IMG/VR virus record: IMGVR_UViG_3300042402_002055 | Coordinates: 54,407-118,406 of that record | Reading direction: 5' to 3' (one strand) | Source of the DNA: a virus | DNA length: 64,000 nt | In this document: positions 29,638-41,111 of the stretch, piece by piece | How the letters are laid out: every line of letters starts with the position of its first letter | Position numbering within the stretch: the stretch's first letter is position 1 | Translations under genes and position numbers: made by a program | Notes under the pieces: model-generated | Told to the model about the DNA's origin: nothing | The model's input: only the letters and a program-made list of their open reading frames with translations | Database searches by the model: none

Positions 29638-32600
29638 ATGAAGAAGGCGATTTTATCGTTGTTCCTTTCGGTATCAGTTTTAATGGGATTTGGTCAAGTA
29701 ACCACTTCCACTATTTCTGGTGTTGTTAAGAACGAAAAACAAGAGGTGTTAGTAGGTGCAACAATTCACGCAACCCACACACCAACAGGTACTCAGTACA
29801 AATCAGTTACAAACAAGAATGGTGTTTATGTATTACCTGCAGTAAGAGTAGGTGGCCCATACACAATCCACGCTTCGTATGTAGGTTTTAGAAAAGGTGA
29901 AGAGAAAGATGTAAACACTCAATTAGGTGTGACATCAAATGTGGACTTTAAATTAGTAGGTGAAAGCACTTCATTAAAAGAAGTAGTTGTAACGGGTACT
30001 AAATCTGGTCTATTCTCAAAAGAGAAAACAGGAGCAGCACAACAATTCACTCGTAGAGAATTACAAACTATTCCAATTACGGGTGCAAGAACTATCGATG
30101 GGATTACAAAGTATAACCCATTCGGTAATGGTAATTCATTCGGAGCACAAGACTCTCGTATGAATAACTTTACAATTGATGGTTCTCAATTCAATAACAA
30201 TTTCGGTTTAGGTTCATCTGCACAAGCGGGTGGTAGAACCGGAGCAAGTGCAATTTCATTGGATGCGATTGACCAATTACAGGTTAACGTAGCTCCATTT
30301 GATATTCGTCAGTCTGGGTTTACTGGTGCAGGTATCAATGCGGTAACAAGAAGTGGTACAAATGAAATTGAAGGTTCGGCATATCAAACACAAAGAGATA
30401 ATAGTTCTCGTTATGTTGGTGATAATGCAAGAGGAACAAAAGTAACTGCATCTAAATTTGATGAGAAGGTACAAGGTTTCCGTTTAGGAGCACCAATCAT
30501 TAAGAACAAATTATTTATCTTTGGTAACTACGAATCAATTGAGAAAACTGAACCAGGTACAACTTGGATTTCATCAGGTTCTCCTTTAACCGGTTCACAA
30601 GTAAGTAGACCAACTTTCCAACAATTAACTGACCTTTCTAAATTTATGAAAGATAAGTTTAATTACGAAACAGGTCCATTTGAAGGATATTCTAATACCA
30701 ACACATCTAATAAATTTTTAGTTCGTGTTGATTGGAATATTAACGATAAGAACAAATTAACTGCTCGTTATGTATACCATAATTCAGAAGCACAAATTGG
30801 TATTTCAAATTCACAATCTGCAGGTTTTGGTAATAGAACGCAAAACATCAACGCAATGTCTTTCCAAAATAGTGGATATACTATTCAGGATAACACTCGT
30901 TCGGCAGTATTAGAATTAAACTCTAAGATTTCAAATACATTATACAATAACTTAATTGTATCGTATGATAAACAAATTGAGAACAGAGGTTATTTATCTC
31001 AAATGTTCCCAACGATTGACATTAAAGAAGGTTCTACTACATTAACATCAGTAGGATTTGACCCATTCACTCCAGGAAACAAATTAGACTACTCTACAAT
31101 CAATGTTACTAATAACTTAACAAAGTATTTAGGTAAACATACAATCGTAAGTGGTTTCAATTTCCAAAGTTATGAATCTAATAACTTATTCTTCCCAGCA
31201 TCAAATGGTGTTTATATTTTCAATAGCTTAGCTGATTTCTATACTGCAGCTAATCAATCATTAGCAAATGGTGGTAAACCATCTGCGTTTGCACCAGCTC
31301 GTTTCCAATTCCGTTATTCGGCGTTGCCAGGAGCAATTGAACCAATGCAAACTTTAAAATCTTATAGAACTGATTTATATTTACAAGACGAATATAACGC
31401 AACTAAAGATTTAAAATTGACTTTTGGTATTAGAGCAAACATTATTGATTTTGAAAACAGCGCATTAGAAAATCCAGCAATCACTGCGATGACTTTTGCG
31501 AATGGTGAAAAATGGAATACAGGTGTAATGCCTAAGACTCAAGTTCTATTTGAACCAAGATTAGGTTTCAACTATGATTTAAAAGGTGAAAAGAAAACTC
31601 AATTTAGAGGTGGAACAGGCGTATTCACAGGTCGTCCTCCTTATGTATTTTTATCGAATCAAATCGGTAACAATGGAGTGTTAACTGGATTTATCGATGT
31701 AAGTGGTACTGCAGCTGCACCTTATGGTTTCACTGCTGACCCTAACAAATACTTCATTCCTTCAACTCCAACATTACCTTCAACATTTGATTTAGCATTA
31801 ACAGACCCTAACTACAAATTCCCACAAGTTTGGAAAACCAATTTGGCAGTAGACCAAAAGTTACCATTCTTCGGATTAGTAGCAACGGCAGAATACTTAT
31901 ACAACAAAACAATAAACGCAGTTCATTACTATGAAGCTAACCTAAGAAATCCAGTAGGAACTTTGGGTGGTGTAGATAACAGACCTCGTTTCGGTGGAAG
32001 TGATGCAACTGTAAGAGTAAATAACAATGTGAGTAGAGCAGCAGTTCTTACGAGTAAGAATGGTGCATACCACGAATCATTGACATTGAAATTAGAGAAA
32101 CCATATCAAAAAGGTTTCTGGGGTTCATTCGCTTGGACAACTGCTAACTCAAAAGACTTTATGAGTGCAGGTTCAATCGCTAGTGGTAGTTGGCAATCAG
32201 CATTATCAGTTAATGGTAATAACGATTTAGGATTATCATTTGCAGACGCATTTGTTAAAAATAGATTCGTAGGTTTATTAGGATATAGAATTGAATATGG
32301 TTCTAAATATGGTGGAGCAACTACATTTACATTAGGATATGTGGGACAACAAGGTAATCCATATTCTTATATCGCAGCAGGTGACTTGAATGGTGATAGA
32401 GTAAACAACAACGATTTAATTTTCGTTCCAATGAAAGGCTCTGACATCAAATTTGCAAGTTTAACTGCAGGTGGTAAAACATTTACTGAAGCTGACCAAC
32501 AAGCTGCATTTGATAAGTTTATCGGACAAGATAAATACTTATCAACTCGTAGAGGTCAATACGCTGAAAGAAATGGTGGTTTATTACCTTACTTACATAG

Positions 32601-32916
32601 ATTTGATTTATCAGTAGCACAAGATGTATTTGTTAAGATTGGTGGAAAGAGAAATGCTTTCCAAATCAGAGCAGATATCTTAAACTTTGGTAATATGGTT
32701 GATAATAAGTTTGGTATTTCACAAAGAGCTACGGCACCTCAAATTTTGAACTTTGTAAGCAGAGATGCAGTTACAAATGTTCCAACATTTAGATTGGCAA
32801 CACAAAGATTAACAGATGGTTCTACTATTTTAGCTAGAGATAGTTATCAGTATAACTCATCGGTATTCGATGTATGGTCTGCACAATTAGGTATCCGTTA
32901 CATCTTCGGTAAATAA
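29638..32916 (+). CDS. TonB-dependent receptor (Oar-like)
   Basis: signal peptide, carboxypeptidase-regulatory-like N-domain, GFTGAGINAVTRSGTN plug motif, barrel ending QLGIRYIF. Confidence 0.92.
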   Translation: MKKAILSLFLSVSVLMGFGQVTTSTISGVVKNEKQEVLVGATIHATHTPTGTQYKSVTNKNGVYVLPAVRVGGPYTIHASYVGFRKGEEKDVNTQLGVTSNVDFKLVGESTSLKEVVVTGTKSGLFSKEKTGAAQQFTRRELQTIPITGARTIDGITKYNPFGNGNSFGAQDSRMNNFTIDGSQFNNNFGLGSSAQAGGRTGASAISLDAIDQLQVNVAPFDIRQSGFTGAGINAVTRSGTNEIEGSAYQTQRDNSSRYVGDNARGTKVTASKFDEKVQGFRLGAPIIKNKLFIFGNYESIEKTEPGTTWISSGSPLTGSQVSRPTFQQLTDLSKFMKDKFNYETGPFEGYSNTNTSNKFLVRVDWNINDKNKLTARYVYHNSEAQIGISNSQSAGFGNRTQNINAMSFQNSGYTIQDNTRSAVLELNSKISNTLYNNLIVSYDKQIENRGYLSQMFPTIDIKEGSTTLTSVGFDPFTPGNKLDYSTINVTNNLTKYLGKHTIVSGFNFQSYESNNLFFPASNGVYIFNSLADFYTAANQSLANGGKPSAFAPARFQFRYSALPGAIEPMQTLKSYRTDLYLQDEYNATKDLKLTFGIRANIIDFENSALENPAITAMTFANGEKWNTGVMPKTQVLFEPRLGFNYDLKGEKKTQFRGGTGVFTGRPPYVFLSNQIGNNGVLTGFIDVSGTAAAPYGFTADPNKYFIPSTPTLPSTFDLALTDPNYKFPQVWKTNLAVDQKLPFFGLVATAEYLYNKTINAVHYYEANLRNPVGTLGGVDNRPRFGGSDATVRVNNNVSRAAVLTSKNGAYHESLTLKLEKPYQKGFWGSFAWTTANSKDFMSAGSIASGSWQSALSVNGNNDLGLSFADAFVKNRFVGLLGYRIEYGSKYGGATTFTLGYVGQQGNPYSYIAAGDLNGDRVNNNDLIFVPMKGSDIKFASLTAGGKTFTEADQQAAFDKFIGQDKYLSTRRGQYAERNGGLLPYLHRFDLSVAQDVFVKIGGKRNAFQIRADILNFGNMVDNKFGISQRATAPQILNFVSRDAVTNVPTFRLATQRLTDGSTILARDSYQYNSSVFDVWSAQLGIRYIFGK

Positions 32917-32939
32917 GATTACGCAGTCAAAATATACTC

Positions 32940-32972
32940 AAATCCCTCACCCTAAAAAGTGGGGGATTTTTT
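32940..32972 (+). terminator. intrinsic terminator
   Basis: AAATCCCTCAC/GTGGGGGATTT stem plus T-tract. Confidence 0.8.
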
Positions 32973-32973
32973 A

Positions 32974-33005
32974 TTTGGTAAATTAAAATATTTTTCGTAT
33001 ATTAG
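32974..33005 (+). promoter_or_regulatory. promoter upstream of groEL
   Basis: tttggtaaattaaaatatttttcgtatattag. Confidence 0.75.
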
Positions 33006-33028
33006 AGTATAAACAAAAAACAAAATAG

Positions 33029-34651
<1,623 letters not shown>

Positions 34652-34676
34652 TAAATAAAACAATAAAACAAAACAA

Positions 34677-34883
34677 ATGGCAAAGTATTATTCAGTACAA
34701 GTGGCAATCGAAGTAGAAGATGCTAAGGGTAAGATTAAAAAACAAAAAGAAAACTATTTAGTAGACGCAATGTCGGTGACAGAAGCAGAAGCTAAGTTAG
34801 TAAACAAATTCATTGAAGAAGCAGTTAAGCTTGAATATGAAGTAGTAAAAGTATCAGAAACAAACATTATTGAAGTATTCTAA
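34677..34883 (+). CDS. DUF4494-like protein
   Basis: E.YLVDA.SVTEAEA. Confidence 0.7.
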   Translation: MAKYYSVQVAIEVEDAKGKIKKQKENYLVDAMSVTEAEAKLVNKFIEEAVKLEYEVVKVSETNIIEVF

Positions 34884-34884
34884 T

Positions 34885-35133
34885 ATGGAAAAAGAACTCA
34901 AAGAACAAAAGGAATTAGTCCTTAAAAGAGTTCCACCCGGAGATAGATGGATATTTGCTGACCTAAAAAATAGTGCAGTATATCCATCTCTCACCGATGC
35001 TTTGGAAGCTTGGTATCAAACAAATGGTGATACTAACTTTTACATTGAAGCAAGAAAAGGAACAGTTGAAATTATTAAACAAGAAGAAGTGGAAATACCT
35101 GTAAAAAGATTTTCACTATACGGAGAAGATTAA
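34885..35133 (+). CDS. hypothetical protein
   Basis: RVPPGDRW motif; start moved to 34885. Confidence 0.65.
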   Translation: MEKELKEQKELVLKRVPPGDRWIFADLKNSAVYPSLTDALEAWYQTNGDTNFYIEARKGTVEIIKQEEVEIPVKRFSLYGED

Positions 35134-35135
35134 TT

Positions 35136-35456
35136 ATGAGTCATATCATCGGTAGAAAATGTGTTAGTTTTTGTGATACAGGATGTGTAAAGGTATGTCC
35201 TGTCGATTGTATTAACGGCCCTATTAAAATAGATGGAGTTGGTGCAGAAGTAGAAGAACTAAAAAACACAGGAGAGTTTTATAATTTAGTCAATCCACAG
35301 ATGTATATAAATCCAGATGTTTGTATAGATTGTGGTGCATGTATATCCGAATGTCCAGTTGATGCAATTTTTAGTAATGAAAATGAAGCAATTAGAGAAG
35401 GAGACGAAGAATATATTCACAAAAATTATGAATTCTACGGAATGAAATTTAACTAA
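35136..35456 (+). CDS. ferredoxin (FdxA-like dicluster)
   Basis: C...C...CVKVCPVDCI and CIDCGAC...CPVDAI. Confidence 0.9.
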   Translation: MSHIIGRKCVSFCDTGCVKVCPVDCINGPIKIDGVGAEVEELKNTGEFYNLVNPQMYINPDVCIDCGACISECPVDAIFSNENEAIREGDEEYIHKNYEFYGMKFN

Positions 35457-35502
35457 AAATTTTTTATATTTATATTTAATTCTAAACAAAAAACAAAAAA
35501 CA

Positions 35503-35766
35503 ATGAGTACATTAGTATTAGTAGTAGTTACATTAGCAGTAGCAGGTGCAATTACTTACATCCTTATGAAAAAAGGTACAATTGCTGACGCAAACAACAA
35601 CAACATTCCAGATGCAATCGAAGAGAAAGTAGAGGAAGTTAAAGTTGTAGTTAAGAAAGCAAAAGCTAAAGCAGAAAAAGTAAAGACTGCAGTAGCTGAA
35701 GTTGCAAAAGTAGTTAAGGAAGTAAAAAAGCCAGCAACTAAGAAAGCAACTAAAAAAACAAAGTAA
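35503..35766 (+). CDS. membrane-anchored Lys/Ala-rich protein
   Basis: TM helix, DANNNNIPD, K/A-rich tail. Confidence 0.65.
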   Translation: MSTLVLVVVTLAVAGAITYILMKKGTIADANNNNIPDAIEEKVEEVKVVVKKAKAKAEKVKTAVAEVAKVVKEVKKPATKKATKKTK

Positions 35767-35794
35767 GTAAAGTAAATCGGAAAATAACTAAATA

Positions 35795-35917
35795 ATGGCA
35801 AAAGCAATTGGTTCCTCAAACAAACAAAGCTTCGGCAAAAGAAAAACAGGTAGAGCAAAAAAAAGTTATAATAAACATTCACCAAAGCCAAAAGACTACA
35901 AAGGTCAAGGTAGATAA
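35795..35917 (+). CDS. 40-aa basic protein (missed by ORF track)
   Basis: MAKAIGSSNKQSFGKRKTGRAKKSYNKHSPKPKDYKGQGR*; fills the gap exactly. Confidence 0.7.
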   Translation: MAKAIGSSNKQSFGKRKTGRAKKSYNKHSPKPKDYKGQGR

Positions 35918-35918
35918 A

Positions 35919-36857
35919 ATGATAAAATTAACGGACATTTTTAAAGAAGATGACATTGTAAAAAACAAAAAGTCAAACAATGTCTATCTCGTAAAAAAGA
36001 TGGACCCGGCTAAACATATCAAACCCGACTCTAATTTACCATCTACACAAAAATTAAGTTCATCTGATTTTGAAAAACAATCGGAAAAACTTAAAGGAAA
36101 AACATCTGGTAAAGATATACAAACGGCGGATATCGGTGGAGGTAAGATATATGGTACTATTCATGGAAATACCAAAATGGTTGATGATATAGTTGACCAT
36201 GTAAAATCTACTATACCACAAGAAAAATGGAAAGATGTTGTATTTGTAGGAGAAGGTGGTGCAACGAATGATATAGGTGAATTAGAATTCCACGATGAAA
36301 TGGAATATGCAGTACCTAAATTCTTAGAAATGGGTGCTGGGATAGATACATTTGATGGTGATGAATTGGATGTTCATAAGCCTAAATCTTTTTTGTATAA
36401 AACCCAAATGAAAAAAACAGGCCTTCCACATAATCTTATAAAAGCAGGTAATTGGGCTAGTATGGTTGGACAAGGTGAAGGAACGGATACTATGAATCCT
36501 TCTATATACTTAGATGATACTGGTAAACAATTCTTACAAAACTCAGCTAAAGAAGCAGGATTTCCACCAATAAGTGATTTTGACAATCCATCTAAAAAAG
36601 ATAAAAAAATATTATATCGTTTATCATTCCCCGAAGATTACAATGATACAGAAACAAAAGTAAATGATATTCAGGTTGCATTCAATCAAATTAGAGATGA
36701 AAATATCATAAAGAAATCGAATGAATTGGAAAAGAAAGGTAAAATTCCAATTGTAGTTGCCGGTGAAGGTCATGTTGAATTGGTTAGAAAATCAATGACT
36801 AAAAAATCTAAATTAAGTGAATTTTCTTTAAGAGGTATTCTTAAATCAATTAAATAA
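35919..36857 (+). CDS. hypothetical protein
   Basis: true start likely MIKLTDIFKE at 35919, right after the small ORF's stop. Confidence 0.65.
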   Translation: MIKLTDIFKEDDIVKNKKSNNVYLVKKMDPAKHIKPDSNLPSTQKLSSSDFEKQSEKLKGKTSGKDIQTADIGGGKIYGTIHGNTKMVDDIVDHVKSTIPQEKWKDVVFVGEGGATNDIGELEFHDEMEYAVPKFLEMGAGIDTFDGDELDVHKPKSFLYKTQMKKTGLPHNLIKAGNWASMVGQGEGTDTMNPSIYLDDTGKQFLQNSAKEAGFPPISDFDNPSKKDKKILYRLSFPEDYNDTETKVNDIQVAFNQIRDENIIKKSNELEKKGKIPIVVAGEGHVELVRKSMTKKSKLSEFSLRGILKSIK

Positions 36858-36881
36858 TATATTTATATTAAACTATAAATT

Positions 36882-37721
36882 ATGTTGTTAAAGAAAGGTG
36901 ATAATAATGAGAATGTAAAGTTAATGCAACAAAAGTTGGGCATTGAACCAGCTGTTACTAACTTTGGCCCAAAAACAGAAGCTGCAGTAAAAGCTTGGCA
37001 AGCTGCACATGGTTTAGATGCTGACGGAATAGTTGGTGATAAAACTTGGGCAATGATTATGGCAGAAGGCCAATCGGTTCCTGCTCCAGTAGAAACCCCA
37101 ATACCACAATCAACAGGTGGATTAAAATTAGAAAAATTAAAAGGACATATTCCAGATGCAGTAATCGCAATGATTCCTGATACTGCTGCTAAATTCCAAA
37201 TCAATACTCCATTAAGATTGGCACACTTCTTAGCACAATGTGGACATGAGAGTGGTGGATTTAGACTTACAAAAGAAAACTTAAACTATTCAGCTAAAGG
37301 TCTAATGGGTATATTCAAAAAGTATTTCCCAACTGAAGCTTTGGCAAAACAATACGAAAGACAACCTGCAAAAATTGCAAACAAAGTATATGGTGGTCGC
37401 ATGGGCAATGGTCCAGAAAGTAGTGGTGAAGGTGCAAAATATTGTGGTAGAGGATATATCCAATTGACAGGTAAAGATAACTACATTGCATTTGGTAAAT
37501 CAATCGGTGTAGATATGACATTTAATCCTGATTTAGTATCATCACAATACTCTTTATTATCAGCAGCATGGTTCTTTTCTAAAAACGGATTACATAAGAT
37601 GGCAGATGAAGGTGCAACCGATGCAGTAGTTACTAAGATTACTAAAAGAGTAAATGGTGGAACTATTGGATTGGCAGATAGAATCAAACACTTCAAAGAG
37701 TATTATCATTTATTGTCATAA
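36882..37721 (+). CDS. endolysin: peptidoglycan-binding domain + GH19
   Basis: FGPKTEAAVKAWQ..GL.ADGIVG; HFLAQ..HES, ENLNYS, GRGYIQLTG, VNGG. Confidence 0.92.
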   Translation: MLLKKGDNNENVKLMQQKLGIEPAVTNFGPKTEAAVKAWQAAHGLDADGIVGDKTWAMIMAEGQSVPAPVETPIPQSTGGLKLEKLKGHIPDAVIAMIPDTAAKFQINTPLRLAHFLAQCGHESGGFRLTKENLNYSAKGLMGIFKKYFPTEALAKQYERQPAKIANKVYGGRMGNGPESSGEGAKYCGRGYIQLTGKDNYIAFGKSIGVDMTFNPDLVSSQYSLLSAAWFFSKNGLHKMADEGATDAVVTKITKRVNGGTIGLADRIKHFKEYYHLLS

Positions 37722-38542
37722 TGGATAATAAAAAAAAGTTATATTGGAATAGTTGTTCGTTTCTGTATGCAGATATTATGTTTGGTAGTGATTATATCTT
37801 ATCAAAAGAAAGTCCATTATCTAAGCTATTTTATAATTTTGGTGAAGAAGGTAGTTTTATTGCATCTGGTATGGGGTCTAACAATGAGTCTATTTTTTTT
37901 AGAACTCTGATTGATTGTTCAAAAAATGATTTTGATTTTGTAATTATTGGTTGGTCACATCCTGAGAGAGCTTTGATTTTAGATAACCACATTGAGTTGG
38001 ATTTCGAAAAACTAAAAGAAGATTCAGAAAAAAAGTTTTTAGGTAATAGTAGACATGCAGATTTATATGGATATCAAAATTTAATACCAACTGGTGCATC
38101 TTACAATAATCACTTATTGAAATTTGAACCAAAAGGTACTGACGATACTATTTTGTATACAATATCATTACACAATTTTTTTAAGCAAAAAGGTATTCCA
38201 CATTTATTTTTAAATATGGGTAAATTGGATACAAATGTTTTATCTGCAAGAGAAAGTTGGTTGAATGGAATTGACTCTAAAAATTATTTGTCAATAAATG
38301 ATAATGATAGTATTTTAGAAAAAATGAGTTTTTGTTTTACGGAATATTATGGTAAAAAGGCAGAAAAAATAGTAGTAAAAGATGGTGACATTCACAAGTA
38401 TAATACATTGGTTGGTAATAGTGATAAAGAATATGCAAAAACTGGTTGGATAATGGATATCGGCGGCCACCTCGGAAAATTGGCATACAATGATTTATTT
38501 AATTTAATTTCGAATCATATACAAAAAAATAATTTGGTGTAG
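37721..38542 (+). CDS. SGNH-like protein (paralog 5)
   Basis: WNSCSF, GSNNESI, GWSHPER, GGHLG. Confidence 0.55.
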   Translation: MDNKKKLYWNSCSFLYADIMFGSDYILSKESPLSKLFYNFGEEGSFIASGMGSNNESIFFRTLIDCSKNDFDFVIIGWSHPERALILDNHIELDFEKLKEDSEKKFLGNSRHADLYGYQNLIPTGASYNNHLLKFEPKGTDDTILYTISLHNFFKQKGIPHLFLNMGKLDTNVLSARESWLNGIDSKNYLSINDNDSILEKMSFCFTEYYGKKAEKIVVKDGDIHKYNTLVGNSDKEYAKTGWIMDIGGHLGKLAYNDLFNLISNHIQKNNLV

Positions 38543-38564
38543 TTAAATTATTTTCGTATATTAG
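38533..38564 (+). promoter_or_regulatory. TTTG-N20-TATATTAG promoter
   Basis: tttggtgtagttaaattattttcgtatattag. Confidence 0.7.
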
Positions 38565-38568
38565 AAAT

Positions 38569-38760
38569 ATGGAAAAATTTAAAATTACATTTAATGTTAT
38601 AATTGTGACTTGTGTCATAGGATTGGCAATATCATACTTAACTCAATTAATAGAAGTAATACCAAATGTATCTTTTTTAGAAGGTGTCGGTATTTATTGT
38701 CTTTGGACTCCAATTCATCATTATTTGAATACTTTAGGCAAAGATAACACAGATTACTAA
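38569..38760 (+). CDS. small membrane protein
   Basis: hydrophobic ORF after promoter. Confidence 0.55.
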   Translation: MEKFKITFNVIIVTCVIGLAISYLTQLIEVIPNVSFLEGVGIYCLWTPIHHYLNTLGKDNTDY

Positions 38761-38813
38761 TGATTTAGGGGATTGTTTTATATTTATATTCGTAAAGTTA
38801 AAATCGTTTATAA

Positions 38814-39464
38814 ATGAAGGCAAAATTATTAGAATTTAAAGAAAATTGGAATGATATATTGATATCATTTCTTGCATACATTGGAGTAGCATGGGTAATA
38901 GTTGCATTACTATTCCAACTTACAATGGTTGGTATGCATTATAGTGGAAGTGATATTCCTACTCAAGTTGGAAATTGGTTTGACCACAAATTTAATGGAA
39001 CATTCAAAAATAGTCCAGAAAATATTATGTATGTAGCCGAAGACCATATTTGGGTTGAGAGTGTTACAAATCAAGTTAAAATAGGAAAATTAGCTGGAAA
39101 TAGAAAATTAGAATTCGGTGTAAAGAATATATTAGAAGAATATTTGCAAGATAAAGGTTATGACATCACCCCATCTGCAACTTACAAATTGAAAGTGGAT
39201 ATTATATTTTTAGATGTATTAACGACTAAAAAGAATGTGTCGGTATTTCATAGTAACGAACAAGAAGTTGTTATCCGTTTAAGAGGAACACTTTACAAAG
39301 ATGGTAAAAAAGAAAAAGAGGTTATGGTTGAAGAAAGTTCATCAGAAATCTCTATGTCAACTCTCATAGTAGATGAAGGTGGAAAGTTCAATCAAACTTC
39401 GTTAAGTAATGCACTTAAAAAAGGTTCCGGTCAACTTATCACCAAACTATTAGGAGAAAAATAA
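38814..39464 (+). CDS. membrane-anchored CsgG-like protein
   Basis: TM segment; GVKNILEEYL and FNQTSLSNALKK are shared with the 46765 protein. Confidence 0.55.
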   Translation: MKAKLLEFKENWNDILISFLAYIGVAWVIVALLFQLTMVGMHYSGSDIPTQVGNWFDHKFNGTFKNSPENIMYVAEDHIWVESVTNQVKIGKLAGNRKLEFGVKNILEEYLQDKGYDITPSATYKLKVDIIFLDVLTTKKNVSVFHSNEQEVVIRLRGTLYKDGKKEKEVMVEESSSEISMSTLIVDEGGKFNQTSLSNALKKGSGQLITKLLGEK

Positions 39465-41110
39465 TGAAAAAAATCATATTATTTATTGGGGTATTTTTAT
39501 TAGTATCCCTATCGGCATTTAGTCAATTAACAATCAGTCAGTCATTATCACCAACAACCGGATTAAAGGTAGGTGACACTATAAGTGTTAAATATACTTT
39601 GACAAAAGGAGATACTATTGTTAATCCTCGTTATCTTTGGTTTAGATACCAATATAACAATAAGGCATTGACATATCTTTCAACTGAATTTAATCAGGGT
39701 ACATCAACTCAAACATTCTACACCGGTTGGACTAGTTATAAGTTCACTCCAAATGTGGGTGCAAGTGATAACGCTTTGAATTTACAATATACACTGAGTC
39801 CTTGGAATTATGCAGTAAATGCAGATTGGAATATTGGTCAATTGACAATTCAAAGAGCAGACCGTTCTATCACCGGATTGTTGGCAACACAAAAATATAT
39901 CTTAAAAGACCAAAATACTTATAACAACATTTTCAAAATAGACTTAGCAACTGGTACTGATACAACTGGTGCAAATGTTGGAACTATTACTGGTGGTGGG
40001 TTTTCATCTATATCAAATGTAACGGGTAATACATCACAATTCAAAGTTAGAGTTTTGTTTCCATCGGGATATTCAATTACTGACCACAATGTTCAATTGA
40101 TGAGATTGAAATCAGATGGTAGTGGTGATATAGACTGGTCACAACAACCAATTACACAAGCTGCATTGGATGCAAGTGGTGAGGTAATATTCACATCAGG
40201 TATTAAAGTTGGTGATAGTGTTGGTGTATTTGTATCACCTGCTTCTCAAAAGACTTGGATGAATAATGTAATCACGGTTTCAGATGCATATAAAGCATTC
40301 TTAGGACACTCTCAAACTGATATTAGTGGAACTGCAAACTTCTTTACAAGACCTGTTTTAGAAAGAAAAATAGGTAATGTAACAAAGAACGATATGACAT
40401 TCAACGAAGCTGACTCATACAATCTATTTGCATATGTAATCGGACAAGATGTATCTACAAATGCATTTATTCCAACATCAACTTCAACTTCGTGGAGATG
40501 GCATAGTGGTTTATTAAATCAAAGTTGGTTGGATGGTGTTACTAAGAATAGAGTATATGTTACAACTCCATCACAAACCGTTGATGTGGTATTTGCATGG
40601 GGTGGTGACTTAAACTGGTCACACTCATCTCATCCTGACACAATTGCAACTAGAATTACACAAGGTAATTTTACAAACTCAATAAACGATAGAAACTTCC
40701 AATCATTTTCAGTAAAATCAATGTCATATACTCAACCTACATTTGAAAAGGCAACATTGGGTATTAACTCTACTTTGGAAAATGGTAAAGTTGTATTAAC
40801 TGCAACATTGACAAAAGAAGGGTTAGCAGGTTTACAAGTTATTATGAATTATGACGAAAGTAAATTAACTTTGGATAATGTTTCATTTGATGCAGGTTCT
40901 ACAATTACAAACTTTTCAACTCGTGATGGTAATAGATTAACATTTGGTTCAATAGACCAATTAAAGACGGCAAGAATCAAAGTGGGAACACCATATAGAT
41001 TAGTATTCACACCAAAAGAAACTTTAACAAATACTGCAGGTTTATTCTTTTTCATATTAGCAGATGCAGTAGATGGTTTGGGTAAAAAAGTTGATTTGAC
41101 AATAGAATAA
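39464..41110 (+). CDS. secreted protein with cohesin-like and dockerin-like modules
   Basis: signal peptide; VSDAY, GNV..FNEAD, GLQVIMNYDESKL. Confidence 0.6.
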   Translation: MKKIILFIGVFLLVSLSAFSQLTISQSLSPTTGLKVGDTISVKYTLTKGDTIVNPRYLWFRYQYNNKALTYLSTEFNQGTSTQTFYTGWTSYKFTPNVGASDNALNLQYTLSPWNYAVNADWNIGQLTIQRADRSITGLLATQKYILKDQNTYNNIFKIDLATGTDTTGANVGTITGGGFSSISNVTGNTSQFKVRVLFPSGYSITDHNVQLMRLKSDGSGDIDWSQQPITQAALDASGEVIFTSGIKVGDSVGVFVSPASQKTWMNNVITVSDAYKAFLGHSQTDISGTANFFTRPVLERKIGNVTKNDMTFNEADSYNLFAYVIGQDVSTNAFIPTSTSTSWRWHSGLLNQSWLDGVTKNRVYVTTPSQTVDVVFAWGGDLNWSHSSHPDTIATRITQGNFTNSINDRNFQSFSVKSMSYTQPTFEKATLGINSTLENGKVVLTATLTKEGLAGLQVIMNYDESKLTLDNVSFDAGSTITNFSTRDGNRLTFGSIDQLKTARIKVGTPYRLVFTPKETLTNTAGLFFFILADAVDGLGKKVDLTIE

Positions 41111-41111
41111 T

